Shown here piece after piece: positions 36,434 through 46,400 of a stretch of DNA of 64,000 nt. A program made the position numbers and the translations under genes. The notes under the pieces are model-generated. The model worked only from the letters and a program-made list of their open reading frames with translations, made no database searches and was not told the DNA's origin. Every line of letters starts with the position of its first letter. The stretch's first letter is position 1. This DNA comes from Verrucomicrobiaceae bacterium (lineage in GTDB: Bacteria; Verrucomicrobiota; Verrucomicrobiia; Verrucomicrobiales; V1-33): positions 29-64,028 of the forward strand of contig JAIXVE010000042.1 in the NCBI GenBank assembly GCA_027483175.1, in the 5' to 3' direction.

Positions 36434-39400
36434 GACATGGGTTCTGTGAGTTGGTTGCCTGCGAGCTGGGAGATGGCGGTGCGGAGTTCGACGGCGGAGA
36501 CGGAGGCGGCTTCTGCGAGGGCGGGGATGGCTGCTGAGGCTGCGGGGAGGTCGAGGTGGCGGCAGGTGGACTCGATGTATTCTGCGGCGGACTGGAGGGA
36601 TTTGAGGCCGAAGATGCTGGCGGTGCCTTTGAGGGAATGGGCGAGTCTGCGGGCGTCATCTGCCTGTTGTCTGGAGATGGCGAGTTGGAGGCCTGCGAGC
36701 ATGGAGTCGAGGTCGTTGAGGAAGTCTGAGGCGAGGGAGGCGGCGTCGTCCGGGGAGATTTCTGCGGCGAGCTGCTGGAGGGTGGCGGTGGCGAGGGAGA
36801 GGGGGGCGGGGTGTGGGGGTGAGGATAGAGGTGAGGAGTCGGTATCCTCGCTGATTCTGATGAGGGCCTGGCGGAGGGCTTCGAGTCGGATGGGTTTGGA
36901 GAGGTAGTCATCCATGCCTGCGCGGATGCAGATTTCGCGGTCGCCGGCGAGGGCGTTGGCGGTGAGGGCGACGATGCGGACTGGGGGGGTGGAGGATTCC
37001 TTTTCCCATTTGCGGATGGATTTGGTGGCTTCGATGCCGTCCATGCCTGGCATCTGGACGTCCATGAGGATGGCGTCGTAGCGGGTGTGTCTGACGGCGT
37101 CGAAGGCTTCGTAGCCGTCGATGGCGACGTCTGCGGTGCAGCCCATCTGTGCGAGCGCGGCGAGAGCGAGCTTGCGGTTGATGGGGTTATCTTCTGCGAG
37201 GAGGAGGCGGAGGGGGCGTCCGTTCATTTCGAGAGGGGAGCTGGCGCGGCCGCCGATGCTGACTCTGGCGGTGTGGCGGTCGGCCTGAGTGAGGAGGGCA
37301 TTGAAGAGCGGGGAGACTTTGAGGGGTTTGAAGAGGATGCCCGCGATGGCGTCGCCGAAGCGCTGGCGGAGGGAGATGCCGTCTCCGGGTTGGCTCATGA
37401 AGAAGAGTTCGAGGGAGTGAGAGGAGACGGCGAGGGAGATGGCGGCGTCGTGCTGGCCGGCGCAGGAGGAGTCGATGAGGAGGACTTTTGGCTGCCAGTC
37501 TGCGATGATGGGTGCGGCGTCTGGGAAGGAGCTGGCGGAGCGGACATTCATGCCCCAGCGTGAGAGGAGTTCGCTGAGGATCTGGCTGGAGAGACTGTGG
37601 GAGTCGACGACGAGGATGCGGCGGTCGTTGAGGCCGGGGAAGGGGACTGGGCTGACTGGGGGGGGGGGGGTGTCTGATGGGGGAAGGGAGACGGAGAAGG
37701 AGAAGGTGGAGCCCTGGCCGACGGTGCTGGAGACCTGGATGGCGCCGCCCATGAGTTCTGTGAGGCGGCGGCAGATGGCTAGGCCGAGGCCGCTGCCGCC
37801 GAAGCGGCGTGAGGTGGAGCTATCGCCCTGCTGGAAGGGTTGGAAGAGTTTTTCGAGTTCTGGGTCTGAGATTCCGATGCCTGAGTCTGTGACGGAGAAG
37901 GTGAGGGCGTGGGTGCCGTTGACTGGGGGAGAGGAGGAGACTTCGAGTTTGACCTCGCCGCGGAGGGTGAATTTGACGGCATTGCCGAGGAGGTTGACGA
38001 GGATCTGGCGGAGGCGGAGGGCGTCGCCGATGACGGAGGGGGGGACGTCTGGGCCGATGCGAGCGGCGAGGTCGAGGTTTTTTTCAGCGGCGGCGGTGGA
38101 GACGGTTTCGATGGCGTCTTCGATGCAGGTGATGAGGCTGAAGGGAGCGTGTTCGAGGTCCATGCGGCCGGACTCGATTTTGGAGAAGTCGAGGACGTCA
38201 TTGATGACGACGAGGAGGGATTCTGCGCTGCTGCGGATGGCGGCGACGAAGTCGCGCTGCTGGGGGGCGAGATCGCTTTGCTGGAGGAGCTGGGTGAAGC
38301 CGAGGACCCCGTTCATGGGTGTCCTGATTTCGTGGGACATGGTGGCGAGGAATTCGCTTTTGGCGCGGTTGGCGAATTCTGCGGCTTCTTTGGCGCGGAT
38401 GAGTTCTGATTCGGCGCGTTTGCGGACGATGAACTGAGCGATCTGGTTGCAGAGAGTGTCGAGGGTCTGGAGGAGGACATCGTCGACTTCTTCGGAGTTG
38501 ACGCTGTAGAGTTCGATGATGCCCTGGACTTCGGCGCCGTTGACGAGTGGGAGGATGAGAGCGGATTTGAGGCCGGAGGCGGCGGCGGTGGAAGCGCGGG
38601 CGAAGGAAGGTTCTGAGGAGACGTCTGGGATGAGTTCGCGCTGACCGGACAGCCAGACGCGGCCGACGAGGCTTTGGCCGCGGGTGAAGGTGCGGTGGCG
38701 GGTTTGGGCGGCGAATTCGGTGACTGGTTTGGAGGGATCGAACCAGACGTCGAGGCAGTGGAGGGATGGGCCGTCGTCTTTGAGGGTCCAGAAGCCGCTG
38801 ACGGCCCAGCCGAGGCCCTGGCAGAGACGGCGGACGAGTCTGGAGGCGGCTTCTTCGACGGATCTGGCGTCAGCGAGGATGCGTGAGGCGGCGAGCTGGA
38901 GGGTGCGGCGCTGGTCGTTGCGGACGCGTTCGGTGATATCGGCCTCGATGGCCATGAAGTTGGTGAGGATGCCTGCGTCGTTGAAGACGGGCTGGACTTC
39001 CATGGAGATCCAGTATTTGCGGCCGGAGCGAGAGTAGTTGACGATTTCTGCGTGGAAGGGTTCGACGTTGGCGATTTTGCGGCTGATCATCGCGATGGTG
39101 TCCGGGTCAGAGTCCGGGCCCTGGAGGAAGGCGCCTGGGCGTTTGCCGATGACCTCCTGAAGGGACCATTCGGTGATGCGGACGAAGCCTGCGTTGACCC
39201 ATTCGATGTGACCGGTGGCGTCTGTGAGGATGACGGCGCTGTCGGTGCGGGAGACGATGAGTGCGAGTTTGCGTGCTTCTGCTTCCTGGATGCGGAGTTT
39301 GGCGCGCTGGTTGGTGAGTTTGTCGGTGAGTTTCTGGAGGTCGAGGTTAGCCATCAACTGAGTCTGGACGATCTGGAGAAGGTCCATGGTCTGGTCATGG

Positions 39401-39780
39401 ATGGCGAAGTCTGGTTGGGCGAGGCCGAGTTTTTCGACTTCTCTGGGGTCAGCGAGCCATGGGGAGGCGAGGAAGACGGTGAGGTCGTCCTGGGGCATGA
39501 GCTGGCCGCGGAGGAGAGTGCCGCTGGAGACGGCGCAGAGGAGGACGAGGAGGGAGGGGTTGGCGCGGAAGAAGGAGTCGGAGAGGGTGCCGGCTGGGCG
39601 TTTGAGTTCGAAGAGGTCGGGGAGGGAACGGCCTGGGGTGGCGTCGGGGCAGATTTTGTGGAGGCTTGGGCCGATGGCGACGAGGCGGAGGTTCCGGTCC
39701 CACGCGAGGTAGAACGGGAAGGCCTGTTCGAGTTGGGCTGAGGAGAGGCCCGGTGGGTTGGCGGGCGCGGAGGGGTTCAT
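36430..39780 (-). CDS. Hybrid sensor histidine kinase: HNOBA-like + PAS + GAF + HisKA/HATPase + pseudo-receiver + receiver + HPt
   Basis: N-terminal [25 protein letters not shown] resembles the sGC H-NOX-associated domain. H-box [18 protein letters not shown] boxes LGNAVKFT and DSGIGI...GGSGLGLAI. Canonical REC ([11 protein letters not shown]...[12 protein letters not shown]...SKP). HPt ([12 protein letters not shown]). Confidence 0.9.
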   Translation of the reverse strand: MNPSAPANPPGLSSAQLEQAFPFYLAWDRNLRLVAIGPSLHKICPDATPGRSLPDLFELKRPAGTLSDSFFRANPSLLVLLCAVSSGTLLRGQLMPQDDLTVFLASPWLADPREVEKLGLAQPDFAIHDQTMDLLQIVQTQLMANLDLQKLTDKLTNQRAKLRIQEAEARKLALIVSRTDSAVILTDATGHIEWVNAGFVRITEWSLQEVIGKRPGAFLQGPDSDPDTIAMISRKIANVEPFHAEIVNYSRSGRKYWISMEVQPVFNDAGILTNFMAIEADITERVRNDQRRTLQLAASRILADARSVEEAASRLVRRLCQGLGWAVSGFWTLKDDGPSLHCLDVWFDPSKPVTEFAAQTRHRTFTRGQSLVGRVWLSGQRELIPDVSSEPSFARASTAAASGLKSALILPLVNGAEVQGIIELYSVNSEEVDDVLLQTLDTLCNQIAQFIVRKRAESELIRAKEAAEFANRAKSEFLATMSHEIRTPMNGVLGFTQLLQQSDLAPQQRDFVAAIRSSAESLLVVINDVLDFSKIESGRMDLEHAPFSLITCIEDAIETVSTAAAEKNLDLAARIGPDVPPSVIGDALRLRQILVNLLGNAVKFTLRGEVKLEVSSSPPVNGTHALTFSVTDSGIGISDPELEKLFQPFQQGDSSTSRRFGGSGLGLAICRRLTELMGGAIQVSSTVGQGSTFSFSVSLPPSDTPPPPVSPVPFPGLNDRRILVVDSHSLSSQILSELLSRWGMNVRSASSFPDAAPIIADWQPKVLLIDSSCAGQHDAAISLAVSSHSLELFFMSQPGDGISLRQRFGDAIAGILFKPLKVSPLFNALLTQADRHTARVSIGGRASSPLEMNGRPLRLLLAEDNPINRKLALAALAQMGCTADVAIDGYEAFDAVRHTRYDAILMDVQMPGMDGIEATKSIRKWEKESSTPPVRIVALTANALAGDREICIRAGMDDYLSKPIRLEALRQALIRISEDTDSSPLSSPPHPAPLSLATATLQQLAAEISPDDAASLASDFLNDLDSMLAGLQLAISRQQADDARRLAHSLKGTASIFGLKSLQSAAEYIESTCRHLDLPAASAAIPALAEAASVSAVELRTAISQLAGNQLTEPMS
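37658..37670 (-). repeat. 13-nt homopolymeric C tract (G13 on + strand) inside the hybrid kinase CDS
   Basis: Counted directly: ...ctgactGGGGGGGGGGGGGtgtctg... It encodes T704-PPPP in the linker between the HATPase and the first receiver-like domain. The next longest G/C runs I saw are 7 nt. Confidence 0.95.
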
Positions 39781-40337
39781 GCTGGGGCGTCGCTGTTCCA
39801 GCGGACTTCGAAGACATCGTGGTCTGCGCCGGCGTCTTTTCTGGCGATGATGGTGGCAGTGCAGGGGGTTTCGTAGAGTTTGGCGAGGCCCTGGAGGATG
39901 CCTGAGACGAAGGCGGTGAGGCCAGGGCGGTGGGTCATATAGTGGAGGTGGAGACTATCGTCGGTGATATCGGAGCAGGTGAAGCGCGGGGGTTCGAGCT
40001 TCGGGTAGATCATGGCGATTCTGGTGTGGAAGTTGGGGAGGTTGATGAGGAATTCCTTGAAGGTGCGGCCGCCGGATTTCATGAGAGGGCCGTAGCTTGG
40101 GGCGGCGACTTTGAGGACCCAGTGTTCGCCGAAGGCGGAGAGGACGGTTTCTGCGGGGAGGCCGAGGATTTCGACGGCGGCGCCGACGAGGCGGTAGGTG
40201 ATGTCGTCTGGGTAGCCTTCGTTGCTGATGAAGACATCGATATCGATGCCTGCTTTGGCTTTGATGGCTTCCCATTTGTCTTCGCCGAAGTTGCTGACAA
40301 CGAGGTCTTCGACGGCTTTGTTGACGAGTCCGTACAT
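39777..40337 (-). CDS. hnoX: H-NOX (heme nitric oxide/oxygen binding) sensor protein
   Basis: [30 protein letters not shown]... Proximal-His context [23 protein letters not shown]. Heme-propionate motif [10 protein letters not shown] (Y-x-T-x-R variant of YxSxR). Close resemblance to Nostoc H-NOX and the sGC beta1 N-terminus. ATGA overlap with the kinase. Confidence 0.9.
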   Translation of the reverse strand: MYGLVNKAVEDLVVSNFGEDKWEAIKAKAGIDIDVFISNEGYPDDITYRLVGAAVEILGLPAETVLSAFGEHWVLKVAAPSYGPLMKSGGRTFKEFLINLPNFHTRIAMIYPKLEPPRFTCSDITDDSLHLHYMTHRPGLTAFVSGILQGLAKLYETPCTATIIARKDAGADHDVFEVRWNSDAPA

Positions 40338-40446
40338 GGTGGTGGGTTGTGGAAGTGGTTGGAGATGAGGAGGAAGCGGAGAGGCTGGAAAGCGAGGGCC
40401 CCGGTGAGGAGTTATAGTAAGGGGGGGCCTGGTGCCAAGAATTGAT

Positions 40447-42345
40447 TCATAAATCTGTGGTGTGGTGGAGGAGGGCTGGGAAGGAGATGAGATTCGGGTC
40501 GCGGGGGAGGATCTCGGAGATGCCGAGGGATTTGAGGTGGATGATTTGAGCTGGGTCGAGGCCTGAGTCGACGAGGGCGATTCTGGAGTGGGGGAAGGAG
40601 GCGGTGAGGGAGGAGGCGAAGGCGTCCGGGTGATCTGAGGAGCTGTCGAGGTCAGCGATGACGAGGGAGTGTGCTGGGGGGGTGGTGGCGGTGGGGGATG
40701 AGGGGTTTTGGGTGGTGACGAGGGCGCCTGATTTTTCGAGGCGGCGCTGCATGAGGGTGCGGAGGAGACGGTCGTTGCAGAGGAGGAGGACGTCAGGCTG
40801 GGAATGGGGAGGCGGGGATTCGGCTGGGGGTGGGGATGGTGGGGGAGGGGATGGGGTGAGGGATGGGGTGAGGGATGGGGCTGGGGTTTGGATCGGGAGA
40901 GTGAAGTGGAAGGTGCTGCCGTGGCCTGGGGAGGAGTCGACGAGGATTTCGCTGAGCATGGCGTTGACGATACGCTGGCTGATGGCGAGGCCGAGGCCTG
41001 TGCCGCCGAATTTGCGGGTGGTGGAGGAGTCGCCCTGGGAGAACGTCTGGAAGAGGCGCTCGCGTTGTTCGTCTGTGATGCCGATGCCCGAGTCTTCGAT
41101 GGCGAAGCGGATGGCCGGGTGGCCGTCTGGGGTGGAGGCGGAGGTGAGGGAGAGGGAGACGTGGCCAGAGCGGGTGAATTTGACGGCGTTGCTGACGAGG
41201 TTGATGAGGACCTGGCGGAGTCTGGTGGGGTCTGAGAGGATGATTGGGGGGATGTTTGGGTCGATGGATTTTTCGAGGGCGAGGCCTTTTTCTGCGGCTT
41301 TGGGGAGGAAGAGACTGATGATGTCGCGGATGACCGGTTCGAGGGGGACGGGTTTGGATTCGAGGGAGAGGGAGCCTGCTTCGATTTTGGAGAAGTCGAG
41401 GATGTCGTTGAGGATGGCGAGGAGGCTTTCGCCGGAGGCGTGGATGGTTTCGACGTAGTCGCGCTGGGTGGGGTCGAGGCGGGTGGTGAGGAGGAGTTCG
41501 GTCATGCCGATGACCCCGTTCATGGGGGTACGGATTTCGTGGCTCATGGTGGCGAGGAAGTCGCTTTTGGCGCGGTCGGCGGCTCTGGCTTCTTCGGTGG
41601 CCTTGATGAGGACGGCGATGCTCGAGCTGAGTTTGCGGTGATAGCTCCAGACGAGGACGCCGGCGAGGAGTGCCATGGAGAGGGCACCGAGGCCGATGGT
41701 GATGGAGTTGCGGTGGATGTCGTCGACGTGGTGTTCGAAGTCGGCGAGTTCCATGTCGAGGCCGACGATAGCGATGACCTTGCCGGAGGCGTCTTTGATG
41801 GGGGCGAAGCCGGTTTGGAAGGTGCCCCATGCGTCTTTCCATGGTTTTGGGGTGACGGTGGGGATGCCTGTGGTGAAGGCTTCGAAGAGCTGAGGGGGAG
41901 CGCCTGGGAAGGGCTGCATGATGTGGGCTTTATCGTCGACGCCGTCGTGGTCGGAGTCGCCTTCAGCGGCGGTGTCGAGGATGAAGTGGGGTGCGCCATT
42001 GAGGAGGATGGCGGTGTAGACGTAGCGGAATTTTTCGGGGCCTTCGCAGGCGGCTTTGGCGGCGTCGAGTTCTTTGAGGGCGAGGAGGTAGGGTTCGGAT
42101 AGTTCCTGGGAGCGGGAGGTGAATGAGAGGTGGAGAGCTGGGTCGACGGCGAAGGAGCAGGCGATGGCGGAGCGGCGGATGGCGGAGCGGAGGTCTTCGA
42201 GGTCTTCGGCTTCGTCGTGGACGTGGAAGTTGGCGAGGACGATGAGGGTGGCGACGAGGAGGGCGAGGCCTGCGACGGCGGCGCTGACGAGCGGCTTCAT
42301 GCCGGGGGGCCGCAGTTGCTGAGTGAGATCTGGAGAGGAGGGCAT
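40447..42345 (-). CDS. Membrane sensor histidine kinase with periplasmic Cache-like domain and C-terminal receiver-like region
   Basis: TM segment [22 protein letters not shown]. Cache-like ...[29 protein letters not shown]-box [20 protein letters not shown]. HATPase NAVKFT and DSGIGI...GGTGLGLAI. Pro-rich linker, then a REC-like tail. The start may be Met16 (42300). Confidence 0.85.
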   Translation of the reverse strand: MPSSPDLTQQLRPPGMKPLVSAAVAGLALLVATLIVLANFHVHDEAEDLEDLRSAIRRSAIACSFAVDPALHLSFTSRSQELSEPYLLALKELDAAKAACEGPEKFRYVYTAILLNGAPHFILDTAAEGDSDHDGVDDKAHIMQPFPGAPPQLFEAFTTGIPTVTPKPWKDAWGTFQTGFAPIKDASGKVIAIVGLDMELADFEHHVDDIHRNSITIGLGALSMALLAGVLVWSYHRKLSSSIAVLIKATEEARAADRAKSDFLATMSHEIRTPMNGVIGMTELLLTTRLDPTQRDYVETIHASGESLLAILNDILDFSKIEAGSLSLESKPVPLEPVIRDIISLFLPKAAEKGLALEKSIDPNIPPIILSDPTRLRQVLINLVSNAVKFTRSGHVSLSLTSASTPDGHPAIRFAIEDSGIGITDEQRERLFQTFSQGDSSTTRKFGGTGLGLAISQRIVNAMLSEILVDSSPGHGSTFHFTLPIQTPAPSLTPSLTPSPPPPSPPPAESPPPHSQPDVLLLCNDRLLRTLMQRRLEKSGALVTTQNPSSPTATTPPAHSLVIADLDSSSDHPDAFASSLTASFPHSRIALVDSGLDPAQIIHLKSLGISEILPRDPNLISFPALLHHTTDL

Positions 42346-42376
42346 GACGCGAGGGGTGGGCCGGAGTGGGGGGGCG

Positions 42377-43447
42377 TCAGGGGGTGATGCCGAGGTTGAG
42401 GCCGACTGGGCTGGCGGCTCCTGCGGCGCGCGCTCCTTCGTTGGCGGCGATGGTGCGGGCGAAGGTGGAGATGACGAGGTCTGCGTAGGCGGCGAGGGAG
42501 TTGGGAGAGGATTCGGGGATGAAGACGAGGTCTTTGGGTTTGAGGAGGACGTCGGGGGATTTGCCGGAGAGGATGGTTTCTGCGTTAACGACGGCGATTT
42601 CGGGGTCGCGGAGGGAACCTCTGACGATGGCGACCTTGGTTAGTTTAGCGCCTTTGATGAAGCCGCGGCAGTGGGCGATGGCGGTGAGGAGGGTGAGTTG
42701 GTCTTTGAAGGCGACGGATCTGGGCTGGTAGACGGCGCCCATGACATAGACCTCGCTGCCGAGGGCGGAGGGGAGGTAGATGAAGTCGTCCGGCTGGAGG
42801 TAGATATTCTGAGAGGTGTCGCCTTTGCGGATGAGGCTGTTGAAGTCGATGGGGACGAGCTGGCCTTTGCGGATGAGGAAGCTGTGGTGGAGGTCGGCGA
42901 GTTCTTCGGTGGATCCTGACATGCGGGAGGTGAAGAGACCGCCGGCTTTGCTGATGGCTTCGAGGACGGTCATGGGTTGGGCGAGTTCGTAGAGGCCGGG
43001 GGTGCTGATGCGGCCGAGGACCCAGACGCGGCGGCTGTGGACTTCGCGGAGGGTGATGCTGACCTGGGGGGACTGGACGAACTGGGAGAGGCCGTGTTCG
43101 AGGAGTTTGGTGGTATCTGCGAGGGTGAGGCCCCAGACCTGCTGGCCCTGGAGGAGGTGGAAGTAGATGCGGCCGTCGGGGCCGACGAAGGTGGTTTGGG
43201 GGCCATCGCCGCTGCCGAGGAGTTCGATGTCGATGACGTCGCCTGGGCCGAGCCGGAATTCCGAGGGATCCGGGGAGAGGAGTGCTGGGTTGAGGGAGTG
43301 GTTGAGGGAGGTTTTGACGACGTCAGCGGAGGTGGCGGTTGCGGTGGTGTGCGCGTCGAAGCGTCTGGCCTGCTGGCTGGTGCCGGAGCAGCTGGCGAGG
43401 GTGGCTGCGGCGAGGAGCGGGAGGAGGCGGGAGAGGCGAGGCGTCAT
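42377..43447 (-). CDS. Outer-membrane polysaccharide export lipoprotein (OPX, Wza-like: Poly_export + SLBB)
   Basis: Track ORF trimmed to ATG 43447 (ATGA overlap with the upstream stop). Lipobox [26 protein letters not shown]...[15 protein letters not shown]-type Poly_export motif. SLBB-like [12 protein letters not shown]. Confidence 0.8.
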   Translation of the reverse strand: MTPRLSRLLPLLAAATLASCSGTSQQARRFDAHTTATATSADVVKTSLNHSLNPALLSPDPSEFRLGPGDVIDIELLGSGDGPQTTFVGPDGRIYFHLLQGQQVWGLTLADTTKLLEHGLSQFVQSPQVSITLREVHSRRVWVLGRISTPGLYELAQPMTVLEAISKAGGLFTSRMSGSTEELADLHHSFLIRKGQLVPIDFNSLIRKGDTSQNIYLQPDDFIYLPSALGSEVYVMGAVYQPRSVAFKDQLTLLTAIAHCRGFIKGAKLTKVAIVRGSLRDPEIAVVNAETILSGKSPDVLLKPKDLVFIPESSPNSLAAYADLVISTFARTIAANEGARAAGAASPVGLNLGITP

Positions 43448-46400
43448 CGGGCTGGCTGGCTGGGGTCCGGGAGGATGGGGCCGATGTTTTCGCCGGTCCA
43501 TGTGGCGGCGCCGGTCTGGACGAAGGCGCGCATGGCGAGGGCGAGGATTTCGTTGGCGCGCTGCCATGGTTTTTCGTGGACGTAGATGAGGTCGCGGGGC
43601 TGGAGGAGGACGTCCTTCTGTTTACCGGCGAGGATGGCGGCGGCGTCGAGGGTGATGATGTCGGGTTGTTTTTTGTCAGGCGGGGTGCGGACGATGAGGA
43701 TTTTCTTTTTCCATGCGGTGCGGGAGAAGCCGCCGCGGACGGTGATGGCTCCGAGAGCGGAGAGGCCTTCGGTGACGCCGGTGTGGCCTGGGGAGCCGAC
43801 GGCGCCGAGGATGTAGACCTCGTTGACGATATTGCTAGGGAAGTAGATGTAATCGCCTGGCTGGAGCTGGATATTCTGGGAGAGGTCGCCTTCGAAGAAG
43901 AGTTTGGAGAAGTTGACGGGGAGTTTTCTGCCATCGCGGACGATGAAGGCGCGGCGCATGTCGGCGATTTCGACGGTATTCTGTTCGAGGAGGCCAGTGG
44001 CGATGCCGCGGGCGCGTGCGGCGGCCTCGAGGAGGGACATGGGTCTGTCGAGGGTGTAGGCGCCGCGGTCGATGACGGTGCCGAGGAGGAAGTATTTTTT
44101 GCTGCGGAAGGCTCCTGGGGTGACGATGATCTGGGCGTTGGTGATGTAGTTGCGGAGGGCGGTGGAGAGGCCGGAGCGGAGTTCGTCGATGGTGAGGCCT
44201 GCGGCTTTGAAGCCGTGGACCTGGAGGTAGTTGATGGTGCCGTCCGGGTTGATGGGGACCTGGGTGCGGGTGAATTCCTTGCGGCCGAAGACCTGGAGGT
44301 TGACGAGGTCACCAGGGCCGAGGGTGAGACGTTCCTGCCATGGGGCGAGGGGGGTGGGAGGTTTTGGCTGGGGGAGCGGGGTGAAGGGTTTGGAGGGGTC
44401 TGGGGTGAGAGGGGGTAGAGGATCGCCTGCTGGAGGGAGGGAATTGTCAGGAGCTGGGGCCTGGGATGGGGAGACGGGAGGGAGGTCGCCGTGGATGGCG
44501 GGAGGCGGGGCGAGCGGTTCGAGTTCCGGGGGGTGATCCTGGGCGTCGGTGAGGGAAGTTAGGGAGAGGGAGGCCAGGGTGAGGGAGAGGCCGAATTTTG
44601 CGAGGTCTGGGAGTTTCTGGAAGATGGGAGGGATGCGGTTGAGGAGAGCGGCGGAGAGGTGGATGCCGGAGGTTTTGAGGGTATCGATGATAGGGGAGAC
44701 GTCTTCGCGGAGGAGTTTGCCGCTTTGGGAGATCCAGAGGAGGGCGGGGAGGGATTCTGCGAGGAGGAGTGCGTCGAGGTTGGAGGCTGGGGGGAGTTCG
44801 ACGAGGATGACGAGGCCATGTTCAGCGGACCATGAGGCGAGGGCGGAGCGCCAGAGGTTTCTGGAGTCGTGGTTCCAGAGCCATGAGGAGGGGACGTTGA
44901 TTTCGAGGGCGGCGGGGCTGGCTGAGCGGAGGTGAGAGAGGATGCGGTCGGGGGAGTTGAGGGCGTCGGCGATGGGGACGACGGAGTTGGAGGGGCTGGC
45001 GTGGTCGCCGTGGGAGATGGCGAGGACCTTGTGGCCGCGGTCGAGGGCGGCGCGGGCGAGGAGGTGGAGCCATGTGGATTTGCCTTCATTGCTGGAGGCG
45101 GAGAGGAGGCCAGCGACGAAGGCGGCGTCTGTGGGAGCGGGGATGGATCTGGTGAGGGTGGCCCATGTGGTGAAGCGCCAGAGGGCGAGGGCGGCTGGGT
45201 CCATGTCTGCCTGGTCTGGGAGGGAGGCGATGACAGGGGCGCGGGTGAGGCGGCGGAGGTCGGAGGGGGAGACGATGGAGTCGCTGGTGGCGGCGGAGAT
45301 GGCGCGGTAAGCGATGATGGCGGCGGCGGCGAGGAAGGCTCCGATGAAGGAGACGATGAGGAGTTTGAGGGAGCGGCTGCTGATGCTGACGGCGTCTGGG
45401 GAGGCTGGGGCGAAGAGCCGGTAGTAGCCGAGGGCGCGTTCCGAGTAGAGCTGGGCTTCGCGGAGACGGCCGCCGAGGAGGTTGCGGGTTTCTTCGAGTG
45501 CGGCGACGCGGCCGCGGAAGCGGGAGAGGGCGAGTTGCTGATCCGGGATGGAGTCGAGTTTCGTTTTCAGGTTCGCGCGGAAGGCGGTGAGGCTTTCGAT
45601 TTCCTTTTTGAGGGATTCCTTGGAGGAGCGGAGGGAGAGGATGTCGAGGTAGAGACTATTGGCGACGGTGTTGCCGGTGGACTGGAAGGAGGCGGTGGGG
45701 TCGGTGGGGGCGTTGGAGCGGCGTTTCTTTTCGAGGGCGGTGACGCGGGCCTGCTGTTCGACGACGAGGGGGTATTCTGCGGTGTACTGGGTGAGGAGTT
45801 CGGCGAGACGGCTGCGGGCTTCGTTGAGCTGCTGGGTGGCGGGGTCCTGTTTGGCGAGTTCTGCTTCGGTGCGGGCGATGCGGTCGTCGATGGAATCGAA
45901 TTCGATTCTGGTGGATTCGATGCGGAGGTCGAGTTCGGAGAGTTGTTTGAGGGCGGCTTCGGTTTCTTTGTCTGGGTCTGCGAGGCCGCTTTTTCTGGAG
46001 AAGGCCATGAGTTCCTTCTGGACGGTGGTGAGTTCCTGTTCGGTGCGTTCCATTTGTGAGGAGAGGAACGAGAGGAGTTCTTTGGCTTCCTGGGCCTGGA
46101 GGTCGCTGGTGAGGGAGGCGACGTTTTCAGCGTATTTGTTAAGGCCCTGGGCAGCGAAGGCGGGGGAGACGTCGGTGGTCCATGCGACGGTGATGAGGTC
46201 GGTATTTTTTTCCGGGCGGATGACGATTTCCTGCTGGAAGGCTGAGGCGGAGATTTTTGGGGAGAGGGAGGCGGCGGTTTTTTCCATGAGCGGGCCGCTG
46301 TGCATCATGGCGGAGACGGTGGCGGCGTTGAACTGGCGTGGGCGGAAGGATTCGCCGAGTTCGGAGGCCGGGAAGGTGGTGGTCATCTCGCGGCGGACGA

